Assembly: GCA_021731405.1 (NCBI GenBank)
Contig: JAKFXN010000004.1
Location: 1,563 to 65,562, forward strand
Reading direction: 5' to 3'
Origin: Candidatus Parcubacteria bacterium
GTDB taxonomy: Bacteria; Patescibacteriota; Minisyncoccia; Phycocordibacterales; UBA918
Length of the DNA: 64,000 nt
Each line of letters starts with the position of its first letter. Position 1 is the stretch's first letter. This document shows positions 26,126-34,419 of the stretch, one piece after another. The notes below the pieces were generated by a model, which was given only the letters and a program-made list of their open reading frames with translations, did not search any database and was not told the origin of the DNA. Made by a program: the position numbers and the translations under genes.

Positions 26126-26788
26126 CTAAAGACCACGAATCAATTGACGCATTAATTGTATTTCTGCTGTTTGAGTCTCAACGATCGCTTTAGTCAAGTC
26201 GGTCATTTCTTGATGTTCAATATACGGTTGGACGCTCTTGGCCATCATGATTGCTCCCATGTGGTGCATTATCATGTCACTCAAGAAGACTTCATCTAGT
26301 GGCGCACCACTGAGCTGAGACAGGTCGCGCATCATTGGTTCGTAATCGTTCGGGTCAGCTACATAGGCTTCAGCATACCAACTCTGATACCAATTTTTCA
26401 TCATGCTGATTTCTTTCTCTTGAGCCACCACAATGTCTTCAGCTAACTTTTTAATTTCTGGAGTTGAACCGCCACGTTCAATTACTTCTTTGGCAGTGTC
26501 TACTGCTTCTTGGTGGTGGGGAATCATGCCTTCAAGAAACGCCCGCTCACTTTTGACCATCATCGTGCTGTGATCCATCCCATTCATCATACCCATCTCG
26601 CCTTCAGCGGGGGCATTTCCCATAAGTGAGCCATCAGGCATACGGTGCATTCCAGCCGGTACAGACATGTCATTAGTCTGCATTTGAGAAGTGTACTTAC
26701 CGGCAGGAGAACCCCACAGGGCGTAACCCAGAGCTAACCCAACTCCGACAGCGAGAATACTAATTACAATAATTGATTGATTTTTCAT
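26126..26788 (-). CDS. DUF305-family periplasmic protein (second copy)
   Basis: About 70% identical to 3592..4278 over the C-terminal 150 aa, with the same HH motifs. Confidence 0.7.
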   Translation of the reverse strand: MKNQSIIVISILAVGVGLALGYALWGSPAGKYTSQMQTNDMSVPAGMHRMPDGSLMGNAPAEGEMGMMNGMDHSTMMVKSERAFLEGMIPHHQEAVDTAKEVIERGGSTPEIKKLAEDIVVAQEKEISMMKNWYQSWYAEAYVADPNDYEPMMRDLSQLSGAPLDEVFLSDMIMHHMGAIMMAKSVQPYIEHQEMTDLTKAIVETQTAEIQLMRQLIRGL

Positions 26789-26799
26789 ACAAATTTTTA

Positions 26800-27348
26800 T
26801 TACATGGCCATGTGAGCCATTTCATTAATCATTAAGAGCATCCACAGACACATCATTACCATAAAACCAGCTTCAAGGATGGTGACGGTAGAAAGTGGGA
26901 GTTTGAAGTATGTGCCCAGGCAAACACAGTGAAGGTCTTCCTTTTTGCGGAGCGATTGTATGGCACCGTACAAACTCGCGCTGTATATAAAAAGAGTAAT
27001 AAGCGTGATAGGAATAGTGAGGAGTTGCAAGATAAACAGTACCCCGAGCGAGATTTCCAGAAACGGATACATCTGTGCATAGGTAATGCTCCGTTTGGCT
27101 AGAGGGTCATACTGACCAAACCCTTTGGCGAAGCCTGCTATGTCTGACAACTTGATGGCCCCAAAAAGCACTAACACAAAGCCCATCAGGTGTGACATGT
27201 AGTCTGGGTAAGTGTGGAATTGAATCGTGTAGAGGGCAAAAAGAGCAGAGAGTAAGTAGATGCATGCAATCGGCCAGTACGACCAGACACTTACTTTAGT
27301 TACGTCGTGCACGTGAACTTCGTGATGAGTGTGAGAAGAATGTTCCAT
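26800..27348 (-). CDS. integral membrane CxC-motif protein (second copy)
   Basis: Paralog of 4293..4841, sharing the HCVCLGTYFKLPLSTVT segment. Confidence 0.6.
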   Translation of the reverse strand: MEHSSHTHHEVHVHDVTKVSVWSYWPIACIYLLSALFALYTIQFHTYPDYMSHLMGFVLVLFGAIKLSDIAGFAKGFGQYDPLAKRSITYAQMYPFLEISLGVLFILQLLTIPITLITLFIYSASLYGAIQSLRKKEDLHCVCLGTYFKLPLSTVTILEAGFMVMMCLWMLLMINEMAHMAM

Positions 27349-27349
27349 G

Positions 27350-27616
27350 TTATTTTCTTTTTAGTTGATAGACCTGCAAGATTTCTTTAGTAGCCTTGTC
27401 AATTTTACCCGCTTTAATTTGGCTTACGACACAATGTTGCAGGTGGTCTTCTAATAAAATATCCTCGACATTTGAAAGAGCCTGTTTGATAGCTGAGGTC
27501 TGAGTAATTACATCAATACAGTACGTTTCATTTTCAATCATTGCTTGCAAGCCACGAACTTGCCCCTCAATTATTTTTAAACGGCGGATTAATTTTTTCT
27601 TGTCTTGTATCATCAC
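27350..27616 (-). CDS. csoR: CsoR/RcnR-family copper-sensing repressor (second copy)
   Basis: About 85% identical to 5196..5462, with the same YCIDV / H..C signature. Confidence 0.8.
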   Translation of the reverse strand: MMIQDKKKLIRRLKIIEGQVRGLQAMIENETYCIDVITQTSAIKQALSNVEDILLEDHLQHCVVSQIKAGKIDKATKEILQVYQLKRK

Positions 27617-27624
27617 CCATAAGT

Positions 27625-27642
27625 ATACCCCCTAGGGGGTAT
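27625..27642. promoter_or_regulatory. CsoR-type operator palindrome ATACCCCC-TA-GGGGGTAT
   Basis: Perfect 8-2-8 inverted repeat, 9 nt upstream of the csoR-2 start. Confidence 0.55.
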
Positions 27643-27696
27643 CAGTGCAAATGATGTGAAGTGCAAAGTGTGTGAGAGGTGAGAGGGGAAGGCGTG

Positions 27697-28122
27697 TTAT
27701 TTTAGGTGATTTTCTACTTTGAACATTTGAGCTAGCTTTGCCACTCCATCGAAAACCTGCATCGATTTGATGTCATTGGCATCAACAAATTTTATTTCCT
27801 CACATTCATCTGAAGATCTGAAATTATAATGCTCCAGTACACATTCGTAGATAACGTTAGCAATTTTGATATTTGGGTTAGTTGTTTGTTGACCGGTTAA
27901 GAAATAGCTCGGATTATCTGCAATCCATAAGACATTTAATCCCATTTCTTCCATAATTTCTCGCTTCAAGTCTTCTTGTGCAGTGACACCCCACTCAAGT
28001 CCTCCGCCAGGGAGTTCCCAGTAGTTGCTATTTTCTCGACAAACTAAAAACTTATCTCTCGCTTCATTTAGAATTAACGCTTTGATACTGACACGATAAA
28101 AGCAATTTGGCACTTCATTCAT
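27697..28122 (-). CDS. NUDIX hydrolase
   Basis: Nudix box GGGLEWGVTAQEDLKREIMEEMGL. Confidence 0.8.
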   Translation of the reverse strand: MNEVPNCFYRVSIKALILNEARDKFLVCRENSNYWELPGGGLEWGVTAQEDLKREIMEEMGLNVLWIADNPSYFLTGQQTTNPNIKIANVIYECVLEHYNFRSSDECEEIKFVDANDIKSMQVFDGVAKLAQMFKVENHLK

Positions 28123-28326
28123 AGATTGTGTTTATGTTATAAGAGGTACCAAGACGCGTTGTCTCCGGCGCTGAGTATTTTGATTTTACCAACAGACTGT
28201 ATTGATTTCAATGGCACGACCCTTTTGGTGAAGCCAGTTTGAGGATATTCATTTGAGATGGTTAAAAAAGCGAAGTTAGTTTTTTGGATAAAGAAAATGC
28301 CCCACAATTAAGTGGGGCATAGGCAA

Positions 28327-28809
28327 CTATCGTTGGGCGATACTTGGAAAAGCTTTTTCGGCTGCTCGTCGAGCAACTCTGGCTACTTCGTTTCCTCGAG
28401 AGCCAAGCAAACTGCTCTCTGCCCACTCAATCTCTAAAATTTCTGGATTGGTTTTTATTGTAGAAGTGCTTTCAATTGTTCCTCTGTACATGGTGACGGT
28501 GTCTTTTTTCCCCTCTATTGAGGTTAAGTATTCACCAAGGAGACTCAACTGTAAAACTTCTACTCCTAGCTCCTCGAAGACCTCACGTCTTGCTGCTTTT
28601 TCGGCACTTTCATTCTTCGGGTTATATCCGCCGCCTGGAATGTTCCAGAGCGACGTGTTTCCGTATGAATGCCGTACCAACAGCACTTTGCTTTTTTCAG
28701 CAGGGTGGGTGAGTAGCACTTTTACACCGAATGATTTTGGTTTGAATATACGCCAGTACACTTTTACAAATGGCATGAGAGCTGCAAAGAAAAATTGTTT
28801 GAATTTCAT
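28327..28809 (-). CDS. NUDIX hydrolase
   Basis: Nudix box GGGYNPKNESAEKAARREVFEELGV. Confidence 0.75.
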   Translation of the reverse strand: MKFKQFFFAALMPFVKVYWRIFKPKSFGVKVLLTHPAEKSKVLLVRHSYGNTSLWNIPGGGYNPKNESAEKAARREVFEELGVEVLQLSLLGEYLTSIEGKKDTVTMYRGTIESTSTIKTNPEILEIEWAESSLLGSRGNEVARVARRAAEKAFPSIAQR

Positions 28810-28811
28810 GA

Positions 28812-29522
28812 TTAGTACCTGATTCTTGCGTTGAGTGTATCATCGTATCTGACTCTGAGCATTCTACGATGTCCGGTAAAAGGAAGTCTATCGTGCAGCG
28901 TAATGAGATTGTTGACAAAAAGTAAGTCCCCGGCCTCCCACTTGTGACTTACTAACAGACAGCTTTGGATAATCGCATCGACGTGCTGGTATACCTCATC
29001 TTCAGAAAACTTACCTGACTTAATGATAAAGTTTGTCTCAACTTTTGAACGGTACCGAACCACTCTTTCTCCCTCTGTAACAACAAGTGGGTAACGAATT
29101 CGTGCCTGCGGATTTGCAAGTGCCGAGTATTCGATAATCACATCATTTAGCCCAGGTATCGCATCAATAGCAGCGGCAGCTTTTCTTCCATCAAAGAGAC
29201 GTGTTTCACCTCCTGAAGATGAAGGTTTAATACAACCAAGAGCAAAGTATGGAATGATTCTACTATCGTTAGAAATACCCTCAGTGTGCAAGGCAAGTAT
29301 GTCATTTGAGCCTGTAGCGTCTAGGGTGTGATACCCAAAATTCTCCCCTAGGTCTGTGCCAGCAAGGGTGCAAATAACCAGCATGTCACTTTCAATTTTT
29401 ACCGAAGGCTCAATCTTTACTAATGCCCAGCCTTCTGTGGGTAGGTTGGCAGAAAGAAAGGGAAGCAAGGTGCTTTTCACACTTGCTTTTGTATCAAGAA
29501 AAAGAACGTTACTCATGAGCAT
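28812..29522 (-). CDS. TauD/TfdA-like (clavaminate-synthase-like) Fe/2OG dioxygenase, putative
   Basis: An H-x-D/E segment (LHTEG) and the C-terminal LHDRLPFTGHRRMLRVRYD resemble the TauD-family 2OG-binding HR tail. Low sequence complexity limits confidence. Confidence 0.45.
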   Translation of the reverse strand: MLMSNVLFLDTKASVKSTLLPFLSANLPTEGWALVKIEPSVKIESDMLVICTLAGTDLGENFGYHTLDATGSNDILALHTEGISNDSRIIPYFALGCIKPSSSGGETRLFDGRKAAAAIDAIPGLNDVIIEYSALANPQARIRYPLVVTEGERVVRYRSKVETNFIIKSGKFSEDEVYQHVDAIIQSCLLVSHKWEAGDLLFVNNLITLHDRLPFTGHRRMLRVRYDDTLNARIRY

Positions 29523-29740
29523 CTCCTGTGTTGTGAATGTTCAGTCCTAGTATTGAAAATACAACACTATTATGAATTTGTCTACGGGCAATAAATATGT
29601 TCAGGAAGTTCAAAAAATAGGAGTCCGACACAAGTCGGACTCCTATTATATTCTGGGCACGTACTGTCTTCGGGGGGAATTAGTTTGAAGAAATGTGTCT
29701 GTGCCTATTTTCTCTAGGTCAGATTAACTTTAGTTAAGGT

Positions 29741-30370
29741 TTATCTGGTGCGATCTAATGTTTTCTTAATATAATTAACATAGTCGCGATAAATAGTGAG
29801 TGTCATCTCTGGGCCCCAACCAGGGCCTAGACGTTGTAACAAACTGGATGTCACATCCCATTTGGCGCATTCATACGGACTTTTATCTGGGAGATGGATT
29901 ATATGATTTTTTCCGTCTAGGAATAAAGTCATGCGTTCTTGATCATTATTATTTTGAATTTCTTCCCAGCGACGCCCGTACTCTTCTGTCAAACCTTCAA
30001 ACTCTCTTTCTAGATTTTTAATTTGGGTTTCAAGATTTGGTTGCCAGCCCCCTCTACCTTCAATCACGGTATCTTCACGGAGCGTATCAGGAGACGTTTC
30101 CTCTTGTGAGAGACTTTCATTTCTGTTTTGCTCTTCTTGTAGAAGCTGGGCTCTCCTAAGACTTAAGGTGTGAACAGCATCAAAATTATTGTTTGCTACG
30201 GATTCCCTTATCTGCTCCTCAGTTTGTCGTATTTGTTCCTCAATCGGATACCTATTATCAATATTTTCACCCAGCCCAGTTTGTCTTATATATTCAGGTC
30301 CTAACATTCTTTTATTAAAGCATAAAATTAATACATTAGTAATCTGTCTAATTTCTGAAGGTAGAAACAC
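29741..30370 (-). CDS. hypothetical coiled-coil protein
   Basis: 209-aa ORF with a Gln/Glu-rich heptad region. Confidence 0.4.
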   Translation of the reverse strand: MFLPSEIRQITNVLILCFNKRMLGPEYIRQTGLGENIDNRYPIEEQIRQTEEQIRESVANNNFDAVHTLSLRRAQLLQEEQNRNESLSQEETSPDTLREDTVIEGRGGWQPNLETQIKNLEREFEGLTEEYGRRWEEIQNNNDQERMTLFLDGKNHIIHLPDKSPYECAKWDVTSSLLQRLGPGWGPEMTLTIYRDYVNYIKKTLDRTR

Positions 30371-30407
30371 TAAATACAGATTAATGCCTTGCTGAGCAAG
30401 GAAAATG

Positions 30408-30580
30408 GGCGGCTATCGGGGTAATATTTCCCTACGGGAACGGTACAGTCTTCATAGCTCACTTCGCCAAAGGCTCGCTCCGCTATATTCAGACTCTTCG
30501 ATTCCCGAACGGAAGCAAAGCAGTTTGCTTCCTTAGCCGTCCTCTACGTAAAAATCCCCCGAAGGGGATTCTTACTACGA
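30408..30580 (-). repeat. tRNA-3'-end-linked structured element, copy E5 (reduced; downstream of tRNA-His)
   Basis: Read on the + strand: a direct-repeat copy GGGCGGCTATCGGG at 30408..30421 (matching 30581..30594 of the tRNA); AGCTCAC..CGCTCCGCT blocks; a T-loop copy TTCGATTCCCGA + AC + hairpin GGAAGCAAAGC-agtt-TGCTTCC + TTAGCCG; and a terminator AAAAATCCCCcgaaGGGGATT at 30550..30571. Confidence 0.5.
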
Positions 30581-30654
30581 GGGCGGCTATCGGGAATCGA
30601 ACCCGAATAGCCGGTACCACAAACCGGAGTAATAACCGTTATACCATAGCCGCC
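30581..30654 (-). tRNA. tRNA-His(GTG) with genome-encoded G-1
   Basis: Reverse complement G-GCGGCTA..TAGCCGC-C. Anticodon loop TTGTGGT, T-arm TCGGGTTCGATTCCCGA, C73 discriminator pairing with G-1. Confidence 0.85.
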
Positions 30655-30882
30655 ATACTTGTTTGCTTCACTACTGTGGTGGGACAGTTATACCTATTTT
30701 TAATAAAAAAGTCGAGGGGTGCTTTGCGGTTTAAAAAAGTTGGTGCTACACTAATATATGAATATGGACCAAGAGCCGCTAATGGTCACCCTTTTTTTCA
30801 CCTTTATGTTAGGCGCAGGTATTGGCTTTTACCTCGCACGACTCGTTTTCTAGCGGCATTATCATCTAAGTACGTTTGTTGT

Positions 30883-32178
30883 ATGAATCTTAAAAGTTTC
30901 GTGGGAGTTTGGTTATTCTTGTGTTTGAGTTTTTTTGTGTCTCCGGTGCAGGCGCAGGAAGTGCATCAAGAGTTTCAGGAGACGGTTAAAGCCGAGGTAA
31001 TTGAGATTACTGCGCAATATGAGCGTGACATTATGGGTACTGGGGCGACTACCACTGTGCAAGAGATGCGTATCCAAATCAAAGGCGGTCTGCGAGAAGG
31101 AGAGGTGGTGCGTCTTGATAACGACCTTGTGGTGCTTGAAGAAGGAGATAAAATTTTTGTGAACCGACTCCAATCAATTGATGGCGCAGAGTACTATGTC
31201 TTTAAAGATGTGGAGCGACGGTTACCGCTTTTAATACTGGTAGGTATTTTTGTCCTTTTGGTTATTTGGCTTTCAGGTATGCAAGGGGTGCGAGCAGTTT
31301 TGAGCCTTGGACTCAGTATTGGTTCGATTATTTTCCTCCTTATCCCGGCCCTTTTGGCCGGCTATTCACCGGCACTTACAAGTCTCGTGATTGCAGGACT
31401 TATCTTGAGCGTTACCCTCTTCTTTACGCACGGCTTTAAGCCAAGAGTGTTCATCACTTTCCTCGGTACCTTTGGAGCGGTGTTTGCCACCTGTGTGATT
31501 GCTTGGATATGGGTAGAGTGGATGCGCTTCACTGGCTTTAGTGACGACTCTTCGGTCTACCTCAACTTTGCAACAGGCGGAACTATTGATCTTACAGGAC
31601 TACTCCTTGGTGGAATTATTATCGGACTCCTTGGTGTACTTGATGATGTTTCTATTACACAAGCATCAGTGGTACAAGAACTCAAAGGCGCAAACCCGCA
31701 GTTTGGTTTTAAAGATTTGTACCAGCGGGCGCTTCGGGTAGGGCGAGACCATGTCGGGTCACTGGTGAACACACTTGCGCTCGCGTACGCCGGTGCGTCT
31801 TTGCCGATGCTTCTTCTCTTTGCGTACTCAGACTCTTCAATGATAATGCTGGTAAACCAAGAAGTACTTGCCGCTGAAGTGCTTCGAATTGTGGTTGGTA
31901 GTATCGGACTTATCTTAGCGGTACCGTTTACTACCGCCATGGCCGCCTGGTACTTCAAAGATAAATTTGTGGATCCAAATGAAGATGCGGGACACTCACA
32001 CGGACACAGTCATGGACACGCAGTCCCGGCGGAAGCAGAGCACTCACATAAGGAACATCAACATGAGCATTCTGGGCATGAACACCATGACCATATTCAT
32101 GACGAGCACGAACATGATCATCATGAACACAAGCCACACGACCATAAACATCACGCTCATGCGCACCACAACCACTAA
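30883..32178 (+). CDS. YibE/F-family membrane protein with a 60-aa His-rich C-terminal tail
   Basis: Signal peptide MNLKSFVGVWLFLCL, GVLDDVSITQASVVQEL YibE/F block, multiple TM helices. Tail HSHGHSHGH...HEHHDHIHDEHEHDHHEHKPHDHKHHAHAHHNH. The listed ORF start at 30676 is unlikely; the Met at 30883 precedes the signal peptide. Confidence 0.7.
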   Translation: MNLKSFVGVWLFLCLSFFVSPVQAQEVHQEFQETVKAEVIEITAQYERDIMGTGATTTVQEMRIQIKGGLREGEVVRLDNDLVVLEEGDKIFVNRLQSIDGAEYYVFKDVERRLPLLILVGIFVLLVIWLSGMQGVRAVLSLGLSIGSIIFLLIPALLAGYSPALTSLVIAGLILSVTLFFTHGFKPRVFITFLGTFGAVFATCVIAWIWVEWMRFTGFSDDSSVYLNFATGGTIDLTGLLLGGIIIGLLGVLDDVSITQASVVQELKGANPQFGFKDLYQRALRVGRDHVGSLVNTLALAYAGASLPMLLLFAYSDSSMIMLVNQEVLAAEVLRIVVGSIGLILAVPFTTAMAAWYFKDKFVDPNEDAGHSHGHSHGHAVPAEAEHSHKEHQHEHSGHEHHDHIHDEHEHDHHEHKPHDHKHHAHAHHNH

Positions 32179-32238
32179 AAGATGAGTTATAATTTAGAAA
32201 GATTTAAGTGGTACGGTTTAAAAAATAAGTAATTATCT

Positions 32239-32631
32239 ATGAAAAATTTTGTGGCTGAGTTTAAAGCTTTTGCGATGCGAGGTAATGTGATTGACTTGGC
32301 AGTGGCGGTCGTTATTGGCGCAGCGTTTGGGAAAATTGTTTCTTCACTCGTTGAAAATATTGTGACCCCACTCATCGGGGTGCTTTTAGGAGGAGTTAAT
32401 TTTAGCGGGCTCTCGCTTCAAATAGGGGAGTCAGTTATTACCTACGGAATATTCTTGCAAAGCATTTTTGACTTTGTGATTATTGCACTCGCTATCTTTA
32501 TGGCTATCAAAGCACTGGCAAACTTACAGAAAAAAGAAGAAGCAGCACCCGAAGCACCAAAACCAACACCAGAAGATGTCCTACTCCTGCGTGAGATTAG
32601 AGACAGTCTACGGAATCGACATTCAAACTAA
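32239..32631 (+). CDS. mscL: large-conductance mechanosensitive channel
   Basis: [35 protein letters not shown]-terminal MscL signature. Confidence 0.9.
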   Translation: MKNFVAEFKAFAMRGNVIDLAVAVVIGAAFGKIVSSLVENIVTPLIGVLLGGVNFSGLSLQIGESVITYGIFLQSIFDFVIIALAIFMAIKALANLQKKEEAAPEAPKPTPEDVLLLREIRDSLRNRHSN

Positions 32632-32639
32632 CAGAAGAC

Positions 32640-32671
32640 AAAACATGACCTGCTAAGGGTCATTTTTTGTT
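32640..32671. terminator. terminator after mscL
   Basis: AAACATGACCtgctaaGGGTCATTTTTTGTT. Confidence 0.6.
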
Positions 32672-33064
32672 GCCTTGAGACCGTCTTTTGTGGAGCAGAA
32701 AACATTTTTTTTACCCTGAACACTATGCAAGCCCGCAAACGGTTGCTGTAACTGGTTTTTGAAAAAAGTTATCCACACAAATAAGCAGGGGATACAATAA
32801 AAAAAGCTTTAGGTTAGCCATTTGCTAAAATGTGAACGCTTTTTTAAAGAATGGTATTATCTAGGGACGCACGAGTCTCTCCACCGTGTGTCGGAGGTAA
32901 CTATGACACGCTTGTATTTCAAGCTATGCAACTAGAACGCATGGTGTTGTCTATAGCTACGTCATCTTTCTTAAACCTAATTGAGCAGTACACACACGTG
33001 TACGCATCACCGTCGCTTATGTTTGTGAGAGATGAGCAGAGATCTCCATTTAATAAATTTATTC

Positions 33065-34390
33065 ATGTCTAAAAGTATGGAAATCAAAAGTATTCGTAAA
33101 CGAGATGGATCAGTTCAAGAATTCAACATCGACAAAATCGAAGGTGCTATTCTGAAGGCTCTCTACGAAACGAAGGAGGGGGAGGCAGCTGATGCAAAGC
33201 GTGTCGCTGAACTCGTTCACCAAAAAACGATTGCCATGTGTGTACAAGCTGCAACAGCGGCGCCTGACGACCCAAAAGCAAAGAAGTGTGTGGATGGACA
33301 TCCGGCGGTGGAGGAAGTCCAAGACTTGGTGGAGCAGGCGCTCATGGAGCTCGACTACTTCGAGACTGCCAAGGCATACATCATTTATCGTAACGCGCGA
33401 AAGAAACTGCGTGAGCGAGATATCTTTAAGAAGCGGACAAACCTCAAGCCGTACGAATATCCAGAACTCTACGAGTATGTGAGTTCGGTGCGACACTCAT
33501 ACTGGATTCATACTGAGTTTAACTACACGAGTGATGTGAACGACTTCCATGTGAACGTGTCTGCGGCAGAACGAAATACTATCAAGAACGCCATGCTTGC
33601 TATCGCACAGATTGAAGTAGCAGTGAAGACCTTCTGGGGAGACATCTACAAAAAAATGCCGAAGCCAGAAATCGGTGCGGTTGGATTTACTTTTGCAGAA
33701 AGTGAAGTCCGTCATGCTGACGCCTACTCACACCTGCTTGAGATTCTTGGTCTCAATGAAGAGTTTGAAAAGATTACCCAGGTGCCAGTAATGCAAGAGC
33801 GTATTAAGTACCTAGAAAAGACTATCACCCTTGCGCGGACTGACGAAAACCGCCAGTACATGCACTCTGTGCTTCTGTTCTCGCTCTTTATCGAGCATGT
33901 GTCGCTCTTCTCACAGTTCCTGATTATGATGTCTTTCAACAAGCATCGAAACCTCTTTAAGGGTATTAGCAACGCGGTGGAAGCAACGTCTAAGGAGGAG
34001 CAAATTCACGGCATGTTTGGTATCGACGTTATCAATACCATCAAGAAGGAACACCCAGAATGGTTTGACGATGCGTGCAAAGAAATGATTATCAAAGCCT
34101 GTCACGAAGCCTTTGCAGCTGAGAGTAAGGTAGTAGATTGGATTTACGAAGCAGGGGAACTCGATTTCTTGCCATCAGCCAACGTGAAGGAGTTTATTAA
34201 GCATCGATTCAACAACTCTTTGGTAGCTATCGGACTACCACGTATCTTTGAAGTAAGTGAAGCCCTGCTTGAGGAAACAGATTGGTTTGATAATGAGGTA
34301 ATTGCCACAAAGCATGTTGATTTCTTCCACAAGCGCTCAATCAACTACAATAAGCGAAGTGCGAGTGTAACGAGTGACGATTTGTTTTAA
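33065..34390 (+). CDS. nrdB: ribonucleotide reductase class I beta (R2) subunit with an N-terminal ATP-cone
   Basis: The N-terminal ~90 aa (IKSIRKRDGSVQEFNIDKIEGAILKA) match the ATP-cone fold. The rest is a ferritin-like diiron R2 with FAESEVRHADAYSHLLE and EEQIHGMFG Fe-ligand motifs. Confidence 0.85.
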   Translation: MSKSMEIKSIRKRDGSVQEFNIDKIEGAILKALYETKEGEAADAKRVAELVHQKTIAMCVQAATAAPDDPKAKKCVDGHPAVEEVQDLVEQALMELDYFETAKAYIIYRNARKKLRERDIFKKRTNLKPYEYPELYEYVSSVRHSYWIHTEFNYTSDVNDFHVNVSAAERNTIKNAMLAIAQIEVAVKTFWGDIYKKMPKPEIGAVGFTFAESEVRHADAYSHLLEILGLNEEFEKITQVPVMQERIKYLEKTITLARTDENRQYMHSVLLFSLFIEHVSLFSQFLIMMSFNKHRNLFKGISNAVEATSKEEQIHGMFGIDVINTIKKEHPEWFDDACKEMIIKACHEAFAAESKVVDWIYEAGELDFLPSANVKEFIKHRFNNSLVAIGLPRIFEVSEALLEETDWFDNEVIATKHVDFFHKRSINYNKRSASVTSDDLF

Positions 34391-34419
34391 GAGTTTGTTA
34401 GTAATTGTAATTTACGTAT

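Noticed and set aside
30676-30882. Upstream 69-codon extension of the YibE/F ORF
   Set aside because: The extension overlaps the tRNA-His promoter region and element E5 boundary and has no RBS. A Met followed by a canonical signal peptide at 30883 is the more credible start.
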